NCBI RefSeq assembly: GCF_009834535.1
Contig: NC_045697.1
Span: 56,856,001 to 56,920,000, forward strand
Direction of reading: 5' to 3'
DNA length: 64,000 nt
From: Camelus ferus
Taxonomy: Eukaryota
Shown here: positions 37,304 through 51,334 of the stretch, piece by piece
How positions within the stretch are numbered: position 1 is the first letter of the stretch
Layout of the letters: each line of letters opens with the position of its first letter
Translations under genes and position numbers: made by a program
The notes under the pieces: generated by a model
Databases searched by the model: none
What the model saw: only the letters and a program-made list of their open reading frames with translations
What the model was told of the DNA's origin: nothing

Positions 37304-40300
37304 CCTGGTTCTTAATATAAGCCCCAAGGATGTTTACATACTTTAAAGCTTCAGTGATAAAATATTTATTATCTTTGGAGAACTTCAAATTAAATAACTT
37401 GAAATAATTTATTTTCAATTAAATATATTGGAATATATTTACTTGACAATATATATGAATGTATAGATAAATGAATGGTAAAAGCCACTTTAAGTCAGAT
37501 GTCACATGTAAAACTGCATGTAAATAAATTTCCTTTCAGGTTACCTTCCTTCCAGGTCTACTCCTGATATGTTTATCTAAGAATCCAATTCCAGTAGTAC
37601 GTGTGCAGTTTGCTTTTGGGTTATGTGAAGACAAGCACTAGAATTATATTTTCTTGATTATAAATGTCTTTAAGGTTATTTGAATTACAGGTATATTTTC
37701 TTCAGTGAGAGCTTTAAACACATAATTAGTGGAGTAAGGCAAATCATAGAAGTGATATAGCTTTGTTTTAAAGGAATATATATTGGATAAATTAGGCCAA
37801 GAGGTACAGTTACTCACAAAAATACCTTTGATAAAGTTTTGTTTTGATTTCTTCATTAAATATTAAATTTACAGAATTTTTAAGCTGCTGTCCAAGATAC
37901 ATGTGAGAAATCTAAGAACCAGATATCTCTTTTTCATCCATTTTAAAGAATGTAGATTATAGTCAGTAGGTGGAGCTACATGTGTGGATTTGAAAATCCA
38001 TCAACCTAGTAGGGAAATTTTAGAGAACAAAACAGTTACAGAAACAAGTTTCATGAAGTAAAAAGAACCATTTATCCTTTCATTCTTTTCGAAAACTTCA
38101 GGTTTCAAATGATAATTAGAAAATGTGGGAGGAAAATGTTCCTGCTAGGTCGTGATAGTGGTGATCTGAAAATAGAAAATAATTTTTCTGTATTCAGAAT
38201 TTGTATTAGCATCATGAACTAGCAATGCAATTTTGGGACTAAGTTTAACAATAGCAATATAAACACAGCATCTATTTCCCAAATGTCTCTCTTTGGCATA
38301 TATGAGCAGACCCAGCTTCAATTTTCCATAAGTGTGGACAAGGATCGCATTCTGCTCATTTCCCTGGCCCTCTGACAACTTGCTATAACATTCATCCCTC
38401 ATGAAAAAATATAAAGATATTCGTATTAGTCAAATTCATTCATTAATCATTTCAACTCTCTTCTTTCCCTTGCTGGAACTGAGTAACAGAGTTAAGTTTT
38501 CTGTGATGAATTAAAGAAGATCAAAGTTCTCAAAAGACACATATTACTAACCATGCTTTTGTTAACAAACTCTTGTCCTTAGATAATTGCCTGTGACTTA
38601 AAAGAACTTTTATCTTGTTAAAGGCTTTTCAGACACTGAAAGTGTCCTGTTTACAGCCTCTAAAGTCCTTATACACAGATGAACTCTAATCACAAGGTCA
38701 TCAGTGCATGTTGGAGTTTGATGGAAAGAATATGCACACGAGTAATAGCTTTGAAAAATACATTAAATAAAAAAGAGATATGGGGAAGGAATGTGATAAT
38801 CTCAAAGAGAATATTTTGACATAAAATACAAACTTAAATACATTTTTTAAATTGCAATACACAATGAGAAGAGCCTACTGAATATTTCAGTATCACAGAG
38901 AAGCAATCTGTATTAAGTAACTTGTCCACCTTTAGTTTGGGGCAATTTCCACTGCCTAAAAATGATAAGAAGTCCTAACATGCTGCCAATGCCTCCTCTA
39001 GGATCAAATTGTTCCCTTTTATATTATTTTCATCACTTTGTAAGAACTCTGTTGCAGTAGAGCAACTCAGAAATTTTCCTCCTGGCACATTAGAAAAGCA
39101 CATAACAGTTTATTATTTTTTTAAAATTGTTCTCAACTTTGTTGTGCTCTAGACTGTAATTTATTTCTATCCCACACTATGTCCAATAAGTGACAAAACT
39201 GCTCTAAGAAAATGTATATAATCTCAAGAACTATTAAAATATTTATTCAACTATTATTGAATAAAAAGGAAAAAAGTTAGTAGGATTTAATGTGACTGAA
39301 ACGTTTTGGCAGATTCGTTTTAGTATGTACATGTAACAGTAAGAGTTATATTTCTATTTAGATGTAGATTTGCTTCAATGGATAGTAGCAATCACTTCTT
39401 CTGTCTCTGTATGCTGTTTAAGATTAATTATAATACATACTCACTAGCATTACAAAGATCCTATTCACAGATGCTTCTGAAACCATGTCTGCATTTAGTG
39501 CAGCGCTATTTATTTTTCTATGTTTTCATGTGTCTTCCTAAATAAAGTCTTTGGAAAAAATAGATACGGACCTACAGGTGATCCCTATTTCTGTCTTAAG
39601 AGATGGGATATAATTGCCTTTCATGTTTCTCTTCTATCACTTCTTATTTTAGCATTTAATCCTTTACTCATTAAAATAACTGCTTGACGATGGCATTTCT
39701 TGTTGGAAAGTTATAGATATGCTAAATGGAGTGTGACAAATGAATTCTATAATTTGAAAACCTACTAGCTATCAGGTAGGAGGCAATGACTCTTGCCAGG
39801 TTTATTGACTATTAAGGAGACATTTTATAGCACATGCTGCTGCAGACACTCTATTTCCAAGTTAAAGCCTGATGTGCTAAATTCCACGATGGGCCCTTTG
39901 ATATTATCATTCTAGAGCTAGGTCTTAACACTGGTGGATAAAAATAAAAGTTTCTTTTTTTCTCCTAGAAAGAACACATTTCCTATTGTTAAATTATATA
40001 CATCAGTACGAAATTGGGCTTGTAGAGATACAGATCTTGTTAGAATTTTTAAAAATCAGAGAACATAAATATGTGTTACATTTTATTTTCATAACTTGGT
40101 AAACTTTTATTTGTATTTATTCTGTAAGCAATGATGTAATTTCTTTCCAACTCTGCTGATGAGTTTCTCTTTAAAGCAGTTCCCATATTGCAATACAGTT
40201 CATTACATAGAGTTATTTGGAGCCTAATAGCAAGTCTTAACAAATTTGGTAATTTGAGAATACATGCTATATTATACAAAGATCTTGGAGTTGGGAATTT

Positions 40301-40504
40301 GGAAGACTGTTTATTTTTCATTTTCTGTTCATCTCTTTCAAAGTTTCACATTTTTCACAAGTAAGTTGTACAGTTCTGGTGATGGCATCATTACATAAAA
40401 TGCATCATATATTTTGAATGGTAGACTGAAATAAAACAGTCCTTTAATAAATATAAATCACTCTCTACAAGTACTTATATATCCAGATTTCTCAACCATG
40501 CTTT

Positions 40505-40905
40505 ACTTACTTCATTAATATGAAGTATAATCAGTTTACAATGTTGTGTCAATTTCTGGTTACAGCATACAGTTTGTCATATACATATATACATGTATTT
40601 GTTTTCCTAGTTTTTTATTATAGGTTACCACAAGATATTGAATATGGTTCCCTGTGCTATTCAGTATAAATATTGTTCATCTATTATATATAAAGTATTT
40701 AGTATCTGCAAATCTCCAGCTCCTAATTTCCTATCCCCTACCCTGCACCTCCTCCACCAGTAACCATGACATGAATTTATTTCTATGTCTGTGAATCTGT
40801 TTCTGTTTTGTAGATAAGTTCATTTGTGTCTTGTTTTAAGATTCCACAATCAAGTGATATCATATGGCATTTTTTTCTCTTTCTGGCTTACTTTACTTAG
40901 AATGA
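40505..40905 (-). mobile_element. Young 5'-truncated L1 3' end (camelid-like)
   Basis: gaagtataatcagtttacaatgttgtgtcaatttctgg..caagatattgaatatggttccctgtgctat..tttctggcttactttacttagaatga. TSD catgcttt at 40497-40504 and 40906-40913. Confidence 0.93.
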
Positions 40906-42734
40906 CATGCTTTTAAATGTGTCATCAAAGAAATAATTACCTATTTTTTAAAAAATTCAAATTCCTTCTTATTACAATCTTTCAAACATGTATGTTTACT
41001 CGTAACATTTTAAAAATTGTAGATGGCTGATTTAAACACAATAAGCTCTAAAATTTTTTAAAGAATTATTAGTAAATGTTTGATATTTCTAATAGGTGAT
41101 ATTAGCATTAGTGTAAAATTAAATTATGTGCCTCTTCCCTCAAAATTACAAATATAAACTCTCTAGTTTTCTTTTTTCAATGTAAGTATGAGACTTATTT
41201 TCAAGTTATTATCCTTTTGTTGCATTTAAGGTGAACTGTCACTCTAATCACATGGCATTTTTTTAAAGACATAAACAGCCAATATTTAAAGAAATCATAT
41301 TTGCAGTCTCTGTCGAAAATTATAGTTACTATGTTAATATCAAGTGAATTCATCTATTTATATTTAAAATGAAAATGTGCCAACTGCATTAATACACATA
41401 ATATAATGTTTTCCCATAATAATCTATTAGTACTATAGTCATTTCATTAATGACTTTTGCCATGTGGGGCTTTGTAAGAAAAGGGATTATGTAAAAGTTT
41501 ATTGCCACCAAATAGAATTTTCCCCTAAAACCCATGATACTTCTATGAGGATGATCAGTATGTAGTGTAGGACCAGAAAATGTGGAGAGTGTGGAAGTGA
41601 AAGAGGGAATGTGATGTTTATATACAACCCAAAAGACTTGTGTTATCAGTACTAATAACATTTTCAATAAACGTATTTACTTTAATGAAGGTTTTCATAG
41701 CACTGAAGAGTCATACAGAATTACATTATTTTAAAGAGATCTTACTTAGTCTAGATCTATTTTTTTTTTAAGTAACACAGTTTTATTTCAAACATTACAA
41801 ATTTATGAATAATCTACCAGGAAATGCTTTAAATTTCAAAAAAAAACTATAAAGTGATGTCAAAGCTTGTTACAGATATATTTATCTTTCACACCATACC
41901 TTTGCTTATTTAGTAAGAGAAATAGAAAAAAACTCATGGTGACTTGGTAATTACAATTAATATAATTACTTTTGTCATTTTGACAATTATTTCCAGCTGA
42001 ATTCTAAAGATATGTTTCTCTTGTAGGCATGTAATTAATTCTTTTAAATGAATTCGAGTAAAATAAAGTAAAACAAGAACTTTTTAAACAGTCTATAAAT
42101 GGATGCATAAAATATTCTTCAGGCACTCTGAAAGAGTTCTAACCCTTGACTTGGAAATTATCTTTTGATTTGAGTGACAGTGCTGTTGCAGCACTGCCAA
42201 ATTTCTAAGGCCTTTCCACGTGCCAGGTAGCATATACATGCAAACTGCTTTCTGGAACTATAACAGTTAATAATATACCAGAACAAAATATGACATGGAA
42301 TTAGTGAGTTGTGAAGCAACATATGTTTCAAGTAAACCATCTCAGAAAGGATAAATAATCACATATTTACCATCACCCCATATTATTTCAAGTCCACTGG
42401 CACCGGTAACTTAAATCTTGTGTTCAAGAACTTGTTACACTAAATTGAAATACTGAAATTAAAACAAAATACAAATAATTAAGTTCACAACCACAAACAA
42501 CATTGGAAATTGACTGCAAAAGGAGTCCCTAACTTTTAATTTTAAAGGGGCATTTATAAAACATGGGGACAATATCCCTTGTCTCTTATCCATGTTTTAG
42601 TTTTTTCTATATTTATATTAAATTCTTCCAAACAGCAGTTTTTATTCTTATTTTTCCTAATTAGTTCTACTTAAATTATTATTACAAAAGACCAAGATCT
42701 GTCATTATATTTATATTCAAAGTCCATATTGATA

Positions 42735-42905
42735 ATAATAGTGACAATAATAGTTTATACTTATCAAGTAAATACTATGGACTGGGCACCATGCTCAACA
42801 GTTTATGTGCATTTCTACTTTAATCGCACCCTTTTATGTAGTAGATCCTATTATTATCTCCAATTTACAGGTTAAGAAATAGATTTGGAGACATCAACCA
42901 GATCA
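42735..42905 (-). mobile_element. MIR SINE
   Basis: aataatagtttatacttatcaagt..ctgggcaccatgct..ctattattatctccaatttacaggttaagaaat. Confidence 0.72.
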
Positions 42906-43058
42906 GACATTTACTACTGCTAATTAGCCTCCAAAGTCAAAAGTTCTTTAAGTCTTTATTTGATATACTTTATCAAATAAATGTACTTATTCTCTGTAAT
43001 TCAGTTAGATTATATGATTTTTATTTTTAAATTTTATAAACTATTTAGACATAGAAAA

Positions 43059-43059
<1 letters not shown>

Positions 43060-43091
<32 letters not shown>
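43060..43091. repeat. (TA)16 microsatellite
   Basis: Read directly from the sequence. Confidence 0.97.
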
Positions 43092-43095
<4 letters not shown>

Positions 43096-44561
43096 TGGCT
43101 AATGGATGCTCACACACATTTCCGTAGGCATAAGGACTAAATCCTTGTAGTAAAACTAAAATCCACTGTGTAAGTTCCCATCATATCACCCCTTTCCTCC
43201 TGACACGAGCTGAAAAGTAACTACTTATGATTCACTGATATTTCTGATAGTTTTACTGCATATGTGTGTGCCCCTAAGAAATATCCACTGTTTTAATTTG
43301 AGTATTAAAAGAACAATGAACTCTAAAGAAATAGTATTATATTATGTGTTCTATTTTTTCTCTTGCTGCCTATTTTGCTGTTATTGTTGTTGTTTGGCTT
43401 GGATATAATTGTGACATTCAGCTCTGTCAATTTGCATGGCTCCAGTTCATTTATTTTCATGGTTCAATAGTATCCTATTATATGGACAAACCATTAGTTA
43501 TTTGTCCTTAAGCTCATTAAGAAACACTTTTTTTACCATAACATGTAAGGAAGCTCTGAATATCTGTGTCTATCACTCATATCTATATGTGACAGCTTCT
43601 TCAGGGTATATACCAAAAAGTGGAGCTCATACTTTGGGGGTGTCTCCTAGTCTACTGAATGATACCAAATTACTTATCAATTACCTTGTGAGAATTTATG
43701 TCCTCAAAAAAGTTTATTCTGTTTCTTATTTCTCAACACTCCTACTGGCACTTAAGATTACAAACATAAATTTCAGGCAATCTTCTTGGCTTTAAATGGT
43801 GTATAATTGTGTATATAATGTATATATCCTTGATAAGTAGTGACATTGAATGTCTTTTCATACACGTGTAGGTCATATGTACTTCCTCTTTGAATTTCCT
43901 TGCTTATTTTTTATTTTTTTATTGATTTGATTTAGTTTTACATATATATGAGTAATAACTACATTGCGTTATTTTTTCACATTTTATGTTGTCTTTTGAT
44001 AAAGCTTTAAAGTTTTATGTGATATATCCATCTTATATTTATGTTGTATGATTTTTTTTGTCCCATTGTCATGGACTGATTATATGTTATATGAACTTTT
44101 TTCCAAGATAACACATATGTAATGTATGTTCTCAATAGTCATTTTGAAATCTTCTCTATCTGAAGTAATAATGATAGCTTTTCATACTCCATAAGCTTCA
44201 GTAAGAATGCTTTTCATATTTAGGTCTTTAACCAACATGAGATAGTTTCTGTGTATGTTGTTCAGTAGTTATCAACATTTGCCCTACTCTATGGTAGGGC
44301 AATTTCTTAGCATTTCTTATGTTTATCAGAAGATTCTTCACTACTTAGACATTTGCTTTCTGTGTAAATTTTTAAATCAGCTTTTTAGCTTACATATAAA
44401 ATTTCTGTGGGGATTTTTTAATAGGAGTTGCATGAATTTTATAGATGGATTTTGGAAAAATCTACAAATTTATTACATGGAATCTTCCTGCTCATTAATA
44501 TGTTGTAGCTGTTCATTTCTGTTTTATTGAATGCCAGTCAATATTTTTTAGTAATTTTCTT

Positions 44562-44984
44562 TTTTTTAAATTGAACTATTTTTAAATTGAAGTTTACAAT
44601 GTTGTGTCAGTTTCTGGTGTATAGCATAATGTTTCAGTCATTCATATACATATACATACATATATTCCTTTTCATATTCTTTTTCATTATAGGTTACTAC
44701 AAGATATTGAATATAGTTCCATGGGTTATACAGTATAAATTTGTTTATCTATTTTATATATAATTGTTAGTATCTGCAAATCTAGAGCTCCCAATTTATC
44801 CCTTTCTACCCTCCTTCACCCTCGTAACCATAAATTTGTTTTCTATGTCTGTGAGTCTGTTTTGTAAATAAGTTCATTTGTGTCTTTTACTTTTTTTTTA
44901 GATTCCACATATAAGTGATATCATGTGGTATTTTTCTTTCTCTTTCTGGCTTACTTCACTTAAAATGATGATGCCCAGATCTAC
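44562..44984 (-). mobile_element. Young 5'-truncated L1 3' end (camelid-like), nested in an old L1
   Basis: Same family as 40505-40905. Perfect 15-bp TSD tttagtaattttctt at 44547-44561 and 44985-44999; T-rich tail at the left end. Confidence 0.95.
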
Positions 44985-47550
44985 TTTAGTAATTTTCTTC
45001 ATGAGTTAAAGTAGATTTTAAGAAGCAAACTTTTAGTCACTGATCTCAGTATTACTTATATTGTGGTCAGAAAACATGAGATAGTACTTATTCTTTGAAA
45101 ATTTTGAAAATGTGATTTGTTATTTTTTAATAAATCAACAATTTCCCCAAATGTTCCATGCATGCTTGAGAAGCTTAAATATTCTCTAATGTTCTTAATA
45201 AAAAATTATATATGTATATAGATTTGTATGTACCTGATCTTATTATCATATTGTTCAAATTTACCCTATCCTTGTTAATATTTTAACTGATTAACATTTA
45301 AATATCAACAAAACTATGTTTAAAATCTCCCACTGTGACAGTGAATTTGTCAACCTATCTATATAATTCTCTTAATGTATGTTTTATCTCTATCTTGATG
45401 CTGTATTATTAGGCACATGAATATTTTGAATCATTATTTATAATTGTTGAATTAAGCATTTCAAATTATTCAGGTGCCCATTTTTTCTTAATAATGCTTT
45501 TTTCATTATTTTAGTATTAACATAGCTTCACTTATTTTCTTAATTTGTAATATTTCCCTTCCATGTTGTTTTATCAGCCTTATACTTTCAACTATCCATA
45601 TCCTTATTTTTCAGGTGTTTTTCTCATACAAAGAGATTTATTTATCTAATTTCATTTCTATATCTTACATTTCTTGTGATTATTGCTTGATTTAAATCTC
45701 TCTTTAATTCTTAATTATCTTGTTAAAGTGTATCTTATCTTGTTTTAGACATTTAACAATTTACTAATTGTGAAATTCTACTTTGTTCTTTGCGAAGTAA
45801 CTTATCATTTTTAGTCTCTTGTTTCATTGCTCTTATTTCTAAGGTAATCCTTTATCTATTTTTAAATTTATCTCTTTTCAACTTGTATGTGTTAATTGTG
45901 GTACTTGAATATGTGGTAATTGAGTATCTATGTCTTCTGTTATCTATTTCTGCTCTTTGCTTTTCTGCTGACTCTTATTCACGGGTGCTTACTAACCCAT
46001 GCATTTTCTTTGTTAATCTGTAGAAATCAGGATGGTTAAGTATGGAGACTTTGTTCCATTAGAAAGTAATTTTTTTTCTTCTATTAGGATATTATTCTGG
46101 GATGTTACAGCAAGTAGTGTTACCTTAAATAACAAAGGTATTACATTTATATGTTCTGCATTTGCTATTACTTAATGTTCTTAATTGTCCTATAAAATTC
46201 CAGCATTCATATATTATAATTTATAAGCCTAGGGAGTTAATTGGGAGAAACTGAATAAGACACAGATTTTGATTATATGTTATATTAACATTTTTAAAGA
46301 TAGCAAATGTGTAGTGTATGTTCTTAGTACTTATTTGAGGGGAAAAAAGTAACTTTCCCTTTCAACTGACATTGTATAAAGGCAACTTAAGTTTAGCACA
46401 TTTGGTTATCATACTTTTTTCATTAATAATCTATAGACATTTGTCCATTACTTTTATAACAATATTTGCAGAAAAAAATAGAAGGCTGGCAAGAACCTAG
46501 CTGAATAATTTCCTTATTGATAGTCTCCCTTAACAGTAAACATCATTTATTAGTTTTCTGTAATGTAAAAACATAAAAATTATACAAAATTGCCAATGTA
46601 TACACTTTTATTCTCTTATTGCCAAAATGTCTATAATAACCCAATAACAGAAACTATATTTATCATAGATATGATAGTTCAAATCAAGGCAGGAATTTTT
46701 AAATATGAAGTGGTGAAAGTTGCGGTTTGATTGTGACGATGATGTTAGTGCTGATATACAGAAAGCAGTATATTATAAATTGAAAATTCATATAAAATGT
46801 CTGAAAAATATAAAACAAACCCTGGGTAAATTAGTATTTCTTAACTTGTATATGAGTCTGAATGGATGACACAAACACATAATTTAAATAAATAAGAAAC
46901 AGGTTTTTGTGGCACTTATTTTCCATTCCATTAGACATTTTTTAATGTCTGTTTTCTAAATATTTTCCGAATTCTTCACATGATATGATCTAATTGATCT
47001 GCGACTATCATGATTGTTTTAAGTAATATCTGGGCAGCTATAACATCCATTAGGTTTATCTCCCTTTGAGAGAGATATATTGAGTTTCTTTCATGTTTTC
47101 TCAATTTTTGCCACAGCCTGATATGTATGGATACCTCTTCCATGAAAGACACTAATTTTGACTGCATTTATAACAGTAATCAAATATTTACATCTACCCA
47201 TTAGTAATTCCTCATGATATAGACACATCTCCATCCTCAGAAGCATTTTCTTTTTCTGAAATAACAAGTAATACTGATCATAATGGTAATCATTTATTAA
47301 TGACCACAATTTAATCTGATGGCTTTTCCTATTTCAGAATCAAATTCATGAAGTTTTTAAGCCTTACCACTGACCTTTGGAGTGTACACACCTCACACCT
47401 GAAAATAAACTCATATGGTGGGCTTTTCTTAATTTAAATATTTTACTAAAACCATAATTTCATTTTTTTAAAATAGTGGGTAGGTGGAGTCAAGTGTTAA
47501 TCCCCCAATGAGATAAATTAACTTGTTTATTGCCCTAGCAAAAGTATATT

Positions 47551-47577
47551 TGTGTGTGTGTGTGTGTGTGTGTGTGT
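47551..47577. repeat. (TG)13 microsatellite
   Basis: Read directly from the sequence. Confidence 0.97.
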
Positions 47578-50500
47578 AATCATCTTTCTTGAGTGCTATT
47601 TTCCTAATTGCTATCTGGGAAAAAAAACTTCCCTTATGATATCAATTTAATTAGAGGAAGAGTTGAATTCCTACAGGTCTGTTTCTTCCTTGATTTCTCT
47701 CTTTCTACAAATTGTGCTAGATTTCCAAATGTGGAAAATATACTTAATTTATATTATAGATTATATAAAATATAGAGATTATAATATACATTCATTAATA
47801 TCTGTCTAACTCAATACATGTCTTTCTCTCTTTGATATTCTGCAGCAAATAGTAAGTGCTCTGAAAGTGTTAGATATTATTTATTAAGCAGTTTTAGAAT
47901 CTACTTGCTTAATTTATATTTCCCTGCCCCTCCCCCCAAAATTTCAAGTAAACATATTTGAGGCAAAGTTGAACTTTTAGGAACATTAAAATTATTCATA
48001 TATAAAAGGTATTTTAGATGGTTGCTAGATTTACTTTATATCATTTTAGGGGACATACATAGCTAAATACTAGATACAGACACAAGCATATGCTATATTT
48101 TAAATATTTATTTTTTCATTGTCTGATGCAATGCAAACTATCTATAAATCTTGTGCCGTTTAAGTGTATCATTTAATAGTTGGAGTTAGGTTAAATATCT
48201 ACCTGTAGGAGTAATCATAAATATTTAGCATGATTCCAAATCTCTTATATTTAAAGGACCTACAACATCTGGATTTTTATGCTTTAAGTCTGTTTCTAGA
48301 TTAGCTGTAGAAAAAAATTCAAAATACATACTGTAATATTTCTTTGAGAGACATTTGCCAACAAATTACACAATTAAATGCATTCATTAAAGAGTATGCC
48401 TAGAATAGCATGAAACACTATAACAGAGGAAAATGATGAGTGGACATGTGCTTTTTGCTGAGTCTCCTAAGATAAATTGCTGAAGAGGAGTTGACAGAAT
48501 CACATGTCCAAAGGTCCCAGATCAAGAAGAGCCATACATGGTCACTGGGGCAACTTGTGAATCCACATTTTGAAGATGACATCTTTGAGAAAAGGAAAGA
48601 AGACAGCAAGCCTGGCACATGGATATCAAGGTCAGTACAACACAAGACAGGCTACTGAGAAAGCAAGGAACAGAGTAGGGTCTTTTTTAGGCCATTTAAG
48701 GATATTTGCCACCAATTTTAGAAAAGGTTTTTAAGCATGAATATTATCTAATGTACTATAACTGCATATTAACACAGACAAGATTTATTGGCTGCAATTT
48801 AAAATAAAGTAGTTTTTCTTGTCTTGTCCTAGTAGATACACTCATTAAACAAGATTCCTTTCCTTATTCTGTATGGAAATTCTTACTGTCTTGTGACATT
48901 TCTGACTACTGTTAAGTTGAAAAAACACTACTGCCAATTAATATCACCAAATATAGCCTGCAATCAGATATTCTGCCTTCTTAAATAACAATACTTAAAT
49001 CTTCATTTACAGGTGAATTCCTCTACTTCTCTTAAGCAATGATGTTAAGGAGATAAATGCAGGGCTGCTCTGACGAAAGCAGGTATCCAGGCTGTCTAGA
49101 GTTCTGCTCAGCGGACTCCTGCCTTACTCCAAAGAAGTGACATAGGGACTCTGTAGAGGAAGTCATGTGAGAAAGAGTTTGGAAACTACTAACATGGAGG
49201 AAGATACAAAAAAGAAATATTAAGATAAGACAGTACAGATTGTCTCAGTGTCCTTACTTTGTGAGTAATAAAATACAGAATGAAAAGTGTTTGTTACTAT
49301 AGCTAACCTTGAAAATAAACTAAGAGGGGATATTCAGAAAAGTAGATTTAACTTCAACATCTTACACTGTCCATTGTACCTCTAAAATTCTGGATGAATT
49401 CTTTTTGACATATTTTAAAGGTAATTCATCCTCTTTTCACTGAAGATTAATGGTGTATTTCTTGTGTATCTTCTTCTTACAACCACTAGTTTTTATTACA
49501 TAACCATTTATTTTATTGTATTTTACCTTTCATTGGCTATTCTTATTCCAATAGTGTCCTCTTATAATCATTGTATCCTTTATATATATTTTAATATCTA
49601 TTAGAATAAATGTGCTTTAATTGCTGTTGTGTATAAGAACTCATTATATTTTTTTACATGATTCATTCTTTCAGAAGAATTTCTCTAAGTTCAAAAACAC
49701 ACCTGGAGTTTAATTTGACACACATGTCAACAAATACATTCATATATATAAAATGTGAAAGCAGTTGATCTAATTACAGTGATTTACTCCATTATAGAAA
49801 CTGGTGTATTTCCTCATTAACTGTGTTAAACTGTCTGTAAGAATCTTTTGTCAATAAAATTTTCATACAGGGATGCATTTAAAATTGACAATGTTATAGT
49901 TTCATTAGATTTTGGTTTCTATGTTATTAGTAGTACATAGAATAATAATGTCTCACAAAAGTGTTTTAGGTACAATAAAACAAGTTATTTAATTTTTTTC
50001 TTAATATTCAGAATGCTTCACAATTTTGATTCTATCTCCTATCTTCTTTGCATTGTTTACATTTTTCCTGTATATTTCTATCATTGCTACTATGACTATA
50101 ACCTGGATATGTATGTTTGTTTGTGTGCATGTGTGTGTGTGTGTGTGTGTGCATGACCTTAAAAATGTTTTACATTTGTCTTTTCCCTTTATCTCAAAAG
50201 GGCAGGCACAATATTCTCACTTCTTTATATGATTTTTAACCATGTTCTAAAATATCTTTTGATTGTCTTCTCTGCAGAAATTTCAAAGGAGAAGGAGAAA
50301 ATATGCATGTGTTCAAATTGTCATCTTGACTGTTGGGAAAGGGAACACCAAGGGAAAAATAAATATCACTAATTTTTTCTTTATTGTCCAGCTTCGAGTT
50401 AATGGTTGCTGTTGTCACCCTGCAATTGAATGAAATTGATCTAATGTCTAATTGGAAGTTCTCATATTTAGAATTTCAGGACAGAGGTACTGACTGACAT

Positions 50501-51334
50501 GCTATCCTAGCATGGTGAGTGTCAAGTGCTTCCTTTCGGCAGTATGTTTTACTGGTCTTGTCCAGGTCTTTTTTGAGCATGCTATGGCCACTGTCTGTTA
50601 CTACTTTTGTCTCCAAGTGCCGGTGTTCTTCTCACAGTGCTATCACACAGAGATTAATGCAAGAATGTAATCGCTCTTCTCCATTATGTCAGGAGGCAAT
50701 GAAAAGGAAAAAAAGTGATATGGCCTCCATGAAAAAAGTTTACAATCTCTTGTGGAGTAAGTTGCATAAAGTTAGACTCCTGAAACATTTCCCATTTGTG
50801 TTCCTATTAATTTGGAAGTAGGAATGATAAAATTAAATGCAAATAATGTGTAATTATGTGGCAATTAAGAGAAACCCTAAAATGTTTCTTTTTTAGATGG
50901 AAACTACTCATTTAGAATGGATTTCCACATGACTTGTGCTCATGCTGTCATTGGTGATGGCATTGCCAACAGTACTGTGGTCCATTCCTGATTAATCACA
51001 AATACAAACAGTTATGTCAGAAAATACTTTACAAGACCCTTGTAAAGTACTGAAGAGAGAGAAATTAACTAAACTCCAAACTACAACAGATCACACAGAG
51101 TTTAGCTTTGACCTCCAGAAGCCAAATAAACTACATATCTTTCAGAATATCAGTTTGATTTCTGGAAAACAGGAAAATTACCACTTGGCTCACCATGCCA
51201 AGTTCCTTAAACAATTGTAATCAGGCAAGGAGTATGTTTGGTTATTAAGTGATTTTGATTTTCATGTGGCATTAGCCTCTCTGTGGTAGACCTGGTATTC
51301 AGTGTGCTTTGCTGACCCACAGGGAAGTTATAGG

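Larger units (their letters stand above)
43020..46080 (-). mobile_element. Very old, fragmented L1 (L1ME/HAL1-like)
   Basis: T-rich reverse L1 motifs: cagggtatataccaaaaagtggag, tttcatatttaggtcttta, attgtggtcagaaaac, aaatgttccatgcatgcttgagaag, aaaatctcccactgtga. Confidence 0.7.

Noticed and set aside
24767..47358. Identical 16-mer AATTCATGAAGTTTTT at ~24767 and ~47343
   Set aside because: A few such matches are expected by chance in 64 kb of AT-rich DNA, and the flanks are unrelated.
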